From: a virus
Taxonomy: Duplodnaviria; Caudoviricetes
DNA length: 64,000 bases
Strand: one strand, 5' to 3'
Virus record (IMG/VR): IMGVR_UViG_3300030372_002840
Coordinates: 6,831 to 70,830 of that record
This document shows, piece after piece, positions 17,638 through 28,200 of this stretch; position 1 is the first letter of the stretch, and each line of letters opens with the position of its first letter. Position numbers and translations under genes: made by a program. Below the pieces are notes generated by a model. The model saw only the letters and a list, made by a program, of their open reading frames with translations. It did no database searches and was not told the DNA's origin.

Positions 17638-18615
17638 ATGATTTATAAACAAATATCAAGCAAGGCAATTATTAGAAAGGTTATGAGAGATATTAAGCCT
17701 ACTCATTCTAACTGGATAGATGATGCAGTAGAGTGGATAGGAGAGGCCTTAGAGCACATTGGTGCAAATTCTCAATTAACTATGAAAAAAGTTGTATTGA
17801 CAATAAAAGATCATAAAGCTATATTACCTACTGATTTATATTACATTAATCAAGTAGCAGTTAATAGTACTATGACTTCTGAAGTACAATCTGAATTATT
17901 AACATTAACAACTTTAGTTAAATCTTTAAAAGATGATATTTATACATATCAACAAGATTTAAATGTAATAATGAATGAGACTATAGAAAAAAGGGATGCT
18001 GCTGGTAAAGCAAGATGGTCTGAAAGAATTGAAGAATATGATACTTTATATAAAACAAATGTTAACGAATTGAATGAAATCAATAGTAGGATTATTGTTT
18101 TAGAGGGGATGTTTTTTAACGTTGATGGTCAAGGGGGAAATACTTTAACACCGCTTAAATACGGTACAAGTAGTTTCCCTAAAGCTATTCATTGTGAAGA
18201 TTGCATTAATGAAATATCTAATGCTGCAGATTCTTATATAATAGATAATGATTATATAAAAACTTCTTTTGAGTCAGGAACAGTGTGTTTAACATACATG
18301 GCATTTCCTGTAGACGAAGAATGTTTTCCATTAGTACCAGATGACATTAGTTATAAAGAAGCATTGTTTTGGTATATATTTAAACAAATGTTATTAGGAG
18401 GTTTTGATAAACCTAATAATAGAATAGATTATTCATTTGCAGATCAGAAATGGAATAAGTATTGTTCACAGGCTAGAGCAAATGCTAATTTTCCTAATAT
18501 AGATAAAATGAATAGTTTTATGAATCAGTGGGTTAGATTAATACCAGATTTAAATCAGCACTCAGTAATGTTTGAAAGTTTAGGAGATAGAGAAAATTTA
18601 AATAGATCAATGTAA
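17638..18615 (+). CDS. Tail tubular/ring protein (P22 gp4-like, crAss type)
   Basis: ISSKAIIRKVMRD, WIGEALEHIG, YIKTSFESG.VCLTY.AFPVDEE.FPLVPDD..YKEAL.WYI. Confidence 0.75.
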   Translation: MIYKQISSKAIIRKVMRDIKPTHSNWIDDAVEWIGEALEHIGANSQLTMKKVVLTIKDHKAILPTDLYYINQVAVNSTMTSEVQSELLTLTTLVKSLKDDIYTYQQDLNVIMNETIEKRDAAGKARWSERIEEYDTLYKTNVNELNEINSRIIVLEGMFFNVDGQGGNTLTPLKYGTSSFPKAIHCEDCINEISNAADSYIIDNDYIKTSFESGTVCLTYMAFPVDEECFPLVPDDISYKEALFWYIFKQMLLGGFDKPNNRIDYSFADQKWNKYCSQARANANFPNIDKMNSFMNQWVRLIPDLNQHSVMFESLGDRENLNRSM

Positions 18616-21600
18616 TGGGCAAGTATATAAAAGGATTATTTAAAGACACGTCACATATAGATCAACTAGAAGGTAGTTGGAGGTATGCTAAAAATATAAA
18701 CATACACCCAACAACATCTGCATTATCTAATGAAAGCGGAAATGAAGCAGTAGCTAGAGTTATAAATAATATTGATGAATTTAATTCTGATGGAGGTATA
18801 AATTATAATATATTGCCTCCTGCTTCTATTGTAGTAGGTGCTATAGAAATATCAGATAATCGTATTATTTTATTTATAGTATATGATAGAAGTGTTCCTT
18901 TCTTTGATATGGATATACCAGATCCTGATGGGGGCGATGGAGGTTCTGATTGGACTACAATTTATGGTGATAATGCTGATCCTATATATAATGGCGAAAT
19001 AGGTTTATTTGACAAAGATGTATATACTACATTATATCGTCCAAATATACAAGATTCTAATACTGACATTACAGCTGATATAGGACCTAATCCTGTAGCA
19101 ACTAGATTAGATTTAAATTTTAATAAAGAATATTTTGTTGAAGGTACTTATAAAATTAATCCTGACGGAGAATTATTTGTTTATTGGACAGATGATTTAA
19201 ATCCTCCTAGAGCGTTTAACGTTACTAGACAAGAAAGATGGTTAGCTGAAAATGCAATAACTACACCTACAGATGTTTTATATGGAATAGATCCTACATC
19301 ATCTCCTAATTTACATCATAGAGAAATGTTAAATTTATTTCCTTCTGCAGGTCCTGTACCTCATATTGAGTTGCATGATATTAAAGCAGGTGGTGGATTA
19401 TTAACAGGAGTATATTATATTGCGTTAGCATATGTAGATCAGGATTTAGTTCAAACAAATTATTTAACAGTTGCTAATCCAGTATCTATTGTAGAAGATG
19501 TAGAAGGCGTATTACCTATAGAAAGGTATGACGGAGCAAATCCTAAAACACCATCTGGTAAAGCTATTGCTTGGGAAGTTACAAATGTTAATACAGATTA
19601 CGCATATGTAAGACCAGCTATTATTAGACACATGGATGGGCAAAGAGTAGTATTTAGATTAAATGATATTCCTGTTGCTAACTTAATACAAGGAGGAAGA
19701 AATATAATATCTTTTACAGGTTTAGAAGATTATGCAAACTTAAGTGTAAATGATATTATTATAGATGTTGCAAGTTATGAAACTGCAAAAACAATGAATC
19801 AATTAGACGGAGTATTGTATCTAGGAAATGTACAAGGTAGTAAAGATTTAGGCTATCAAAAATATGCAAACTTTATTAAAGCACACCCTGTTGTTAAAAG
19901 ATTTCCACATTTTGATCCTAGGGAATATTCATTAGATGTTTTAGAAAATGGGTATATAGAAACATCTCCATTTGGTAATCCAACAACTATTTCTCAAGGA
20001 TATAGACATGCTGAAAATATATTTAAATATAAAGGATATCAAAGAGATGAAGTATATGCATTTTATATTGCATTTATATTAAATGATGGTACAGAATCAT
20101 ATGCATATCATATACCAGGAAGAGAGCAATTAAGGATACAAGATAAAGCTGATGGGTGTACTGTATGCCAAGTCCCATCATGGTCTTTAGGGTCAGGTAC
20201 TTCTTGGGAGATACAAGACGGTGATCCTCCTGCTCCTGTTGATGATGATTTTGATGGAATTGATGATGTTACAGGGCTTCCAGTAGTTATACCAACTCCT
20301 AGTGGTATTCAAAATTTATTTTATTGGAATAATATGTGTGGCAGCGGAACAGGATCTCAGTGTATGGAAACACAAGATGCTTTAGCTAGCCCAGTAGTTA
20401 ATATGTCTGACGGAGGTGGTAGAATGTTTCATTTTTATGAAACAAGTTTAATTACATCAACAGAAGATCCTTTAAATAAAGGGGCTAGGAATATGAATTT
20501 TTGGCAAAATTCTACAGAGTTTTATCCGGCTGACGATATTAATGGTCAAAACTGGGAAATCTGGGATGCAGAATTACAAGGATTAGCTCAACAAAGTACA
20601 GTTGAACACGACCAATCAGTAAGTAATGTAGCTAATGGATATAGTAATACTGGATATATTACAAATGTTTTAAGAGGGCAAAGAATAAGACATCATCATT
20701 TTCCATCAAACGAGAATCAGTATTTTAAAACTGTTTTAGGTACATCAAAAGATATGAGTATAATGATTGTACCTTATAAAAGAGAATGGTATACTATGAA
20801 TTATGCATGGTGTAGTAATCAAAGTTTTTCAAGTACTTTTACTGGACAAAGTATAGAAAATGCATTAAAAGTTAGTACTGCTGAACCTAATCTTCCTCCT
20901 GATTTTACTGGAAGCGATGATCCGGATGCTTCTGATTATAATCCAAATTATGGAGGAACACAACCTTATATAGATAATGATGCTGATGGTATAGATGATA
21001 ATGGAAATGGACCGATTCCTTACGGTTATGGACCTCCTGCAGATTTATCAAGTTACGGATATGAATATAGTATTCAAGGTAGTACTTATGCAGAACAATT
21101 TTTAAATATGCTAGGAGCTGGTCCGGGCAATAAATTCTTTATGTTTTCTAGATTTGGTCCAGATAGAGGAGCCACTCCATTTTTAGGAGAATATCCACAA
21201 GTAGGAGAAACTATTGAAGTAGTATTTATTAGCCATAGTAATTACTATGATACATTTTCATTTCCAGATACTCCAGGTGCTTATGCAGATTATAATGAAG
21301 TGGATTATCGAAGAATAGCAGGCTCTTATGAACCTGCTGACATGTATGGATCAGATATAACAGCTGATGATTTAAGAATAGGATTTGGAGGGCCATGTGG
21401 TGGACCAACTGTAGTAACAGAATTTGCTACAGGATGTACAAAAGCAGGAGATTTTTATTTACAAGGAGGAGATAGTGTTTTTGGAATTAAAACTGAATTA
21501 GATTGCCATGCAGAGGGAGATAATACTGGTGCTGTAAGTGATAATCAAGTAGATGGTAATTGGTACTTTCCGTTAGGGTGTTTAAGAAAACCTAATATAA

Positions 21601-24600
21601 CATTTGGAGGTCCTGTTTTAACAGGTTATGGATGTAACTCAGCTTATCCATATCCAAAATTAAGAAAATTAAATAATGGTCAGCCTGCAGTAGCAGATTG
21701 GTTAGGTGTATATCCTTTTAGATTTGAAAGATGTACAGATAAGAAAAAATGTACAGTAGTTTTTGCAGAGCAAGGATATGTTATTGTTCATCGTACTAAT
21801 ACATCACATGATGGAACAGGAACAGTTAATACTAATATGCCTGATATAGCAGTAACTCCTCTTGGAGTAAATAATGCATCAAGTTATGTAGGATGGATTG
21901 CTTGGGCTAAAGGACACAATGAGATAAAAGGAGTTATTTCTCATGATGTACAAGCATTAGGAATACAATTTGAAGATATAAAAGTTCCACCAGAAGTTTG
22001 GGAAAAAAGTCAAGGGTTTAGAATTTATTACGCAAAAAGAAACCATGAAGACAAAAGAATAGTAGGGCAAAATTTAGTTAATCCTTATGCTCCTACATGG
22101 GATACAGTATATCCTGCATGTGCAAGTCCTTCAACTTTAGGGGGATCTTTATCTTTTACAGGAGATATACCTGATGGTCAAAACTACAATAGAATGTGGG
22201 TTAATTGGCCTTATGCTACATCAAGTTATGCATATCCTTCAATTAGATGGTTTGGAACAGATAGAACAGAGTACCAAGCATTTGGACTCCATGACTTTCA
22301 TTTAATGCGAACTAAAAGAACATTAGCTTCGTCAACACATATTAAAGTAGAATATGCAGTAGAGATGTTTCCTATTACAGGTCCGGGATTTGTACATAAT
22401 TGTTGGTATGAAAATTTTGGAGATGACCCTTGTTCAGATGAAGTAAATAATCCTGAAAATCCTATGTTTGGAATACCTGTTGGTTCTCACGGAGGCGCTC
22501 CCTGTATACCTATACCTCCTGGTGCTCAAGACTGTACATCTTTATGTTTAGAGGACGGAATTGTAAATAGCATGCTTGTAGGTATGCATTACTATTCTCC
22601 AAACCAACCTACATCTGGTGCACTTGGTGGGGGTACAAATGGATTAAGTATGTACAATTGGCTAATTGGAATAAATGGTCCTTTTCCTAGATTTTCAGAT
22701 CTAAACAGAGTATTAAAAGAAAGATGTAAAACATATTTAAGAGGTGATAGTATATATAATGGTAGACAATTAGGGTTTGGTTACAAAACATATAATGATT
22801 TTGGAGAAAGTCATGCATCATTTTTACTACATGAAAATAGTACATTACGAGCATTTAAACCTGAAGAGTCTTGGGGAGATGCAGATGATCCAACTTATCC
22901 TGGCTGGTTAAGATTAGCAGATAAAGATGTTTGGTTTCAAGCAGTAGATATGGATGGTGAAAAGTTACCTAAACCAGTTTATTATTTATCTAATTTACAT
23001 GCATTTAGATTAGACATGTATAATTCTATAGATACACAAAATTTAGTTTGGACTGGTTATGAAGTTACAGGATCTGAGTATAAAAGATTTTGGGTAGATG
23101 AAGATGGTGCACCCGTAATTAGTAATAGCGAGGGACAAGCTTTATTAGCTAATACTATAAATCCTGATACAATAGTAGAAGAAGAAATAGATGATGATGG
23201 CACTGTAATTACAGCAGCTTATGGGGGAGATCCATTTTCTTATGATGATCTTGGAGATGGTACTAAACAAACAGGTAGTACTGAAAATGGAGATATTGTA
23301 ACTAAATTTAAAACTGCTCATGTATTTGGAGGAGATACATATATTGCTAGGTATGGATATAGAAAACATCTGCGTCCTAATTTAGCTCCTATGGAAAATG
23401 TTGTAGGTGTACAATTTTTAGGGCATGATATACGAATACTATATGATATAATTGTTGAATCTACAGACAATATTAATTTTAGGCACATGGAAGATAGAAC
23501 TACAAGTTATTATCCAGGTGCTCCTGCAAAAGATGTATTAGATTTAGATAACGATATAGATTTAACGGGTACAGGTAAAATAAAATATAATGATGATTAC
23601 AATGCATTAAATGATGTAGGACATACTGCGCCATTACCTTTACAAGTTGCACAACCATCTAATTTTCCTACTAGAGTAATAAGAAGTACAAAGTCAGATG
23701 ACACTACTTTAATAGATGCTTTTAGAGTATTTTTAGTTACAGATTTTAAAGACTTACCTAAAAATAGGGGAGACTTATGGAAAATATCTGTATTTAATAA
23801 CCTATTGTATTTACATATGCAAGACACGTTATACAAAACGCAAGGTAAACAAACAATGCAGTTAGGTGATGGCTCTGAAGCTTTTGTTGGTAGTGGAAAT
23901 ATATTTGCTCAGGATCCTGTAGAACTAGTACAAACAGAATCAGGTCATGGAGGATTACAATCTCAATGGTCTACCTGTGTAACTAAATATGGGTATTTCT
24001 ATGTAGACCAAAAAAATAGAAGAGTTTTTATGGCTACTGATAGTATAACAGATATTGGTATACTAGGGCTAGAAAAATGGTTTAGTACTAATTTAGCTTA
24101 TGAGTTAGAATATTTTGGTAAAAGAAACTTTGATGATAATCCATTATCATTTAGTTTTCTTTCTGTTTGGGATGAAGAATTCCAAAGAGTAATATTAACT
24201 AAAAGAGAAATAGCGCCAACTGAAACGTTTTCTAAAGCCTGGAGAGCTTGGCAAAGTGGTACTGTAGATGCTGAACATGGAGCAATTAAATATGATCCAA
24301 ACGATGATAATTTTTATTGGTCAGACGATGGAGAAACATGGGAACTATTAAATATTGATCTAGTTAATGGATCTTTAAATACTTTATATAACAAAGATCC
24401 ATTTTTTGTAGAAAAGGGTTGGAGTGTATCTTACTATCCTAAACTTAATGTATGGGTATCATTTCACGATTATTGGCCATATAGATATTTAACTACATCA
24501 ACAGATATATATTCGTTAAGATCGTATGTTCCAGGTATAATAGATAATGATTATGATGATTCTAAATATTGGTTACATAGATTAATATGGAGACATAATA

Positions 24601-25277
24601 TTCCATATAATAAAGGAAATTTTTATACTGATGAAATAGATGAGCACCCTTTAGCTGAACATACTCCTTATAGTTATGATTCTCAATGCGAAGTAATACA
24701 TAATCAAGGTGCAAATCTATCTAAACTATTTCATAATTTTAGTTTTATTACTGATGTATACCAACAAAGACAAATAACTTATGGCAATGAATCAGACTTT
24801 TTAGATAATTTAACGTCTATTAAATTAGATACTCCTGGTATAACTTCTTTTATTTTATATAATACATATCAGTGCTCAGGTCAAATAGTAGTAGAAGAAC
24901 TTGTTAATGCAAGAAGGAATGGAAAAGAATGGTATATAAATAAATTCAGAGACTTTACTACAAGTGCAGTTTCAGTAATAAGTGGCGGAGGTAACTCTTC
25001 TAATTATTACGACCAATTCTTTTATGATGATGGAAATGCTATTACTCCAGGAGGCTTACCTACACCAGCAGGTGTATCCCAAGATAACAGTAGAGCAATG
25101 TTATATTCAACTGGGGCTGATGAATTTATTGCAGCTTCAACATCATTTGGCATATCTAACCCTAAAAAATTCGTAGATAAATACCTAGCAATTAGATTAA
25201 TTATTAGTAATAGTGCTAATAATTTAGTAAATTTGTACTCCACAGAAGTGGGAGTCCGTAAATTCCTAAGACAATGA
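18615..25277 (+). CDS. Tail stabilization/muzzle protein (P22 gp10-like, crAss type) with large insertion
   Basis: KGLFKD, VYWTDDLNPPR, GGGLLTGVYYIALAY, KGYQRDEVYAFYIAF, FGGDTYI, SQWS...YGYFYVD, WVSFHDY motifs; 2220 aa. Confidence 0.8.
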   Translation: MGKYIKGLFKDTSHIDQLEGSWRYAKNINIHPTTSALSNESGNEAVARVINNIDEFNSDGGINYNILPPASIVVGAIEISDNRIILFIVYDRSVPFFDMDIPDPDGGDGGSDWTTIYGDNADPIYNGEIGLFDKDVYTTLYRPNIQDSNTDITADIGPNPVATRLDLNFNKEYFVEGTYKINPDGELFVYWTDDLNPPRAFNVTRQERWLAENAITTPTDVLYGIDPTSSPNLHHREMLNLFPSAGPVPHIELHDIKAGGGLLTGVYYIALAYVDQDLVQTNYLTVANPVSIVEDVEGVLPIERYDGANPKTPSGKAIAWEVTNVNTDYAYVRPAIIRHMDGQRVVFRLNDIPVANLIQGGRNIISFTGLEDYANLSVNDIIIDVASYETAKTMNQLDGVLYLGNVQGSKDLGYQKYANFIKAHPVVKRFPHFDPREYSLDVLENGYIETSPFGNPTTISQGYRHAENIFKYKGYQRDEVYAFYIAFILNDGTESYAYHIPGREQLRIQDKADGCTVCQVPSWSLGSGTSWEIQDGDPPAPVDDDFDGIDDVTGLPVVIPTPSGIQNLFYWNNMCGSGTGSQCMETQDALASPVVNMSDGGGRMFHFYETSLITSTEDPLNKGARNMNFWQNSTEFYPADDINGQNWEIWDAELQGLAQQSTVEHDQSVSNVANGYSNTGYITNVLRGQRIRHHHFPSNENQYFKTVLGTSKDMSIMIVPYKREWYTMNYAWCSNQSFSSTFTGQSIENALKVSTAEPNLPPDFTGSDDPDASDYNPNYGGTQPYIDNDADGIDDNGNGPIPYGYGPPADLSSYGYEYSIQGSTYAEQFLNMLGAGPGNKFFMFSRFGPDRGATPFLGEYPQVGETIEVVFISHSNYYDTFSFPDTPGAYADYNEVDYRRIAGSYEPADMYGSDITADDLRIGFGGPCGGPTVVTEFATGCTKAGDFYLQGGDSVFGIKTELDCHAEGDNTGAVSDNQVDGNWYFPLGCLRKPNITFGGPVLTGYGCNSAYPYPKLRKLNNGQPAVADWLGVYPFRFERCTDKKKCTVVFAEQGYVIVHRTNTSHDGTGTVNTNMPDIAVTPLGVNNASSYVGWIAWAKGHNEIKGVISHDVQALGIQFEDIKVPPEVWEKSQGFRIYYAKRNHEDKRIVGQNLVNPYAPTWDTVYPACASPSTLGGSLSFTGDIPDGQNYNRMWVNWPYATSSYAYPSIRWFGTDRTEYQAFGLHDFHLMRTKRTLASSTHIKVEYAVEMFPITGPGFVHNCWYENFGDDPCSDEVNNPENPMFGIPVGSHGGAPCIPIPPGAQDCTSLCLEDGIVNSMLVGMHYYSPNQPTSGALGGGTNGLSMYNWLIGINGPFPRFSDLNRVLKERCKTYLRGDSIYNGRQLGFGYKTYNDFGESHASFLLHENSTLRAFKPEESWGDADDPTYPGWLRLADKDVWFQAVDMDGEKLPKPVYYLSNLHAFRLDMYNSIDTQNLVWTGYEVTGSEYKRFWVDEDGAPVISNSEGQALLANTINPDTIVEEEIDDDGTVITAAYGGDPFSYDDLGDGTKQTGSTENGDIVTKFKTAHVFGGDTYIARYGYRKHLRPNLAPMENVVGVQFLGHDIRILYDIIVESTDNINFRHMEDRTTSYYPGAPAKDVLDLDNDIDLTGTGKIKYNDDYNALNDVGHTAPLPLQVAQPSNFPTRVIRSTKSDDTTLIDAFRVFLVTDFKDLPKNRGDLWKISVFNNLLYLHMQDTLYKTQGKQTMQLGDGSEAFVGSGNIFAQDPVELVQTESGHGGLQSQWSTCVTKYGYFYVDQKNRRVFMATDSITDIGILGLEKWFSTNLAYELEYFGKRNFDDNPLSFSFLSVWDEEFQRVILTKREIAPTETFSKAWRAWQSGTVDAEHGAIKYDPNDDNFYWSDDGETWELLNIDLVNGSLNTLYNKDPFFVEKGWSVSYYPKLNVWVSFHDYWPYRYLTTSTDIYSLRSYVPGIIDNDYDDSKYWLHRLIWRHNIPYNKGNFYTDEIDEHPLAEHTPYSYDSQCEVIHNQGANLSKLFHNFSFITDVYQQRQITYGNESDFLDNLTSIKLDTPGITSFILYNTYQCSGQIVVEELVNARRNGKEWYINKFRDFTTSAVSVISGGGNSSNYYDQFFYDDGNAITPGGLPTPAGVSQDNSRAMLYSTGADEFIAASTSFGISNPKKFVDKYLAIRLIISNSANNLVNLYSTEVGVRKFLRQ

Positions 25278-28200
25278 TAAAGAAAAAACTCATAAAAAAG
25301 AAGGGTAAAAAACGCCCTATAAAGAAAAAACTTATAAGAAGATATAATACAGGAGGTATGTATCAACCCCAGTTACCTGCTAGTATGATGCCTATACAAA
25401 ATATTGTATATGAGCAGACTGATCCTAATTATCTTGATCAATATGAGCAGGGTTTAGATGCTGCAGATCAACAAAGTAGAACTTGGAGGCAACAGACAAT
25501 GCAGCAACAACAACAACAAGATGCTAATACAGCTCAATTTGCAGGTCAGTTACAAAAATTAGCTCAGTTAGATCAAGCACAGCAACTTGGTAGTAAAGCT
25601 ACAGATTTTGTAAAAGATCTTTTTGGTAAAAAACCAGGAGTTTCACCAGCACCTACAGGTCCATTATCTATAGGGGATTTACAATCAATGACAGGAGGTG
25701 CTCCTGTAGGTCCAAGTTTAGCAAATCCTACTGCGGGTATGGATCTAGGTTTAGATTTTTCAAGTAAATTACCAGGAGCAGGAGCTTCACCAGGTTTAAA
25801 TTTGCAAACAACTAATGTTCAAGATTATGTATCAAAAGGATTGCAAGATAATATAACTGGAGGAGCAAGTAATCTTACATCAACAGCTTCTCAAACAGGT
25901 AAAAGTTTTTTAGGGACAGGTAAAGAGTTTGCCCAAACAAAGGTGGGGGGTAGTTTGACAAGTGCTCTTAAAAATCCTATGTTATATACTATGGGTGCAC
26001 AACTTATAGGAGGCGCAATATCTAAAAAGGCTGATGACTTTGATCCAACTACATTTACAGGAAAAGAAAAAACAGGTAGAATGTTAAGTCAAGCAGGTCA
26101 ATGGGCAAGTGTAGGATCTGCATTAGGTCCATTAGGTACTTTAGCAGGTGGTATTGGTGGTGCTATTTTTGGTGCTGCTAGTGGAAAAAAGATGGCAAAG
26201 CAAGCTCAAGCAAGAGAAAGAGAAGTGCAAAAACAAAGAGGAAGAGCATTAGCAAATATGGGAATGGCTCAATCTCAAATGAAAGAATATAGCGGATACG
26301 ATTTAGGTATGGGGTATGCAAGAATGGGAGGTAAAAGATTATATCAAAAAGGCGGAAAAGGTAAAGGATTAGAAAAGTTAATATATGATCAATACGGTAA
26401 ACCTATAACAGCAACTACAGGATATACAGACTCTAAGAAAAAGGCTTTTCATTCTGATATAGGTACTTATCATCCGATGGCTATAGGTACTATTCTATCT
26501 AAAGAAGATAGAACTCTTATGAGGAATGCTATTCTAAAAGAAAAAGGACGGTTTTATAAGGGGAAAAAGAAAGAATTTGTTGGAGGAAGTCTAGATAATA
26601 CTATTGATTACTATTCAAGGAAGGGAGATATTTATCCTAATGACCCGGGGCCAGATGGTAGCTATCGTCCTAATTATACTGTTGAGGAAAGTTATAAAAC
26701 AGTAGGTGAAATTTTGAAAGATCCAGAGGAGGAAAATTATGATGAGCGAACAATGGGGAAAATAAAAATACCTAGACGTATTAAAAGAAATTATAAAACT
26801 GGAGGACCAGATGAAAAAAGACTAATCAGAAATATGCAACATACAATTCCTTTAAATGCTAGAACTTTACTTGAAAGTATGTCAGGGATTGAATCTGATA
26901 TAACAGAAGATGATTTAACAGGTAGACAAAAAAGAAAATTACAAGAAGTAGTAAGAAAAAATTTATCTGAAGGAAAAAATATAATTGAGTATACTGATTT
27001 TGATGATATGGGGACAAAGGATTTAGGATGGGCTGAAACAGATGAAAGTGATACTCTAAGTGATATAACAAAAAAATCTCTTACAGATCCTGCGTATAAT
27101 TTAAAAACTACACTAGGACAAGCTAATATTAAAATTGTTCCTAGAGAAGATGGATCAGCAAAAATGGATACAATAGTTACAGATTCATATGACTTTAATA
27201 ATGCTAAAAAAATTCAGCAAGATATGGCAAGTAGGGGGCTGACTAAAAAAGAAAAGTTTAATGAAATATTAAAAAAAGATAACAAAAGTGTATTTGGTAA
27301 ACTTAGAGAAATGGCTGCTGCATTTGGTCCTAAGGCAGGAGAGGGTAGAGATGTAAAAATTAACATAAGTGATGATGCAAGATATGGAGGACTAAGAAAT
27401 ATGTACAAAGGAGGAGGATTTGATTTTAATGTAAATCAAGAACGTCAACGACTAAAAGATTATGATGCACCAGGCGGAACAGCTGATAAATATCAAAAAA
27501 TGGCTACTCAACCTTGGAGTGAGCAGTTAGACGATATACAAACAGCACTAACTGTAGGAGGAATGACTCCTGTAATTGGAGCAGGAGCAGATCTTCTTAA
27601 TACTGGTGTATCTGGGGTTAGAACTTTAACTAATTTGTTTAGTGGAAATATTGATAATGCAAAAAAACATGCTGTAAATACAGGTGTTAATGCATTAACA
27701 ACAGTTCCTATGCTAGGGCAAGGAGTTGCAGGTGGTAAATTAGCACAGACTATTTATAAAGGAGGAGCTAAACAATTAGATAATTTAACAAATGCTAAAA
27801 ATTTAAAACAAGGAGTATCAGCTGCTACTACAAATATTGTTGATCCTTTTATAAAAGCTTCAAAAGGTGATCCATTATATACTACAAAAGCATTAGGTAA
27901 AACACTAAAAGGAGAGAAACTGTTAGGTATAGATACAGATATTAACCCTGGACCAGTAGGATTTCCTTTAATGACTAGCCCTGATGTTCAAGGACCTATG
28001 CCTCGACAACTAGGTAGAATGGGAGGCCAACGACTGCAAGGAGGAATAGCTAAACCTTTGCCTGGTGGAGCTACTAAATTTATAGGTAGAAGCCATGAAC
28101 AAGGTGGTATTATGGTAGATCCTATGACTGAAGTAGAAGGAGGCGAAACTATGGATAAAGTAAACTTTGGTAAAGGAGGTAAAAAAGATTATTTCTTTTC

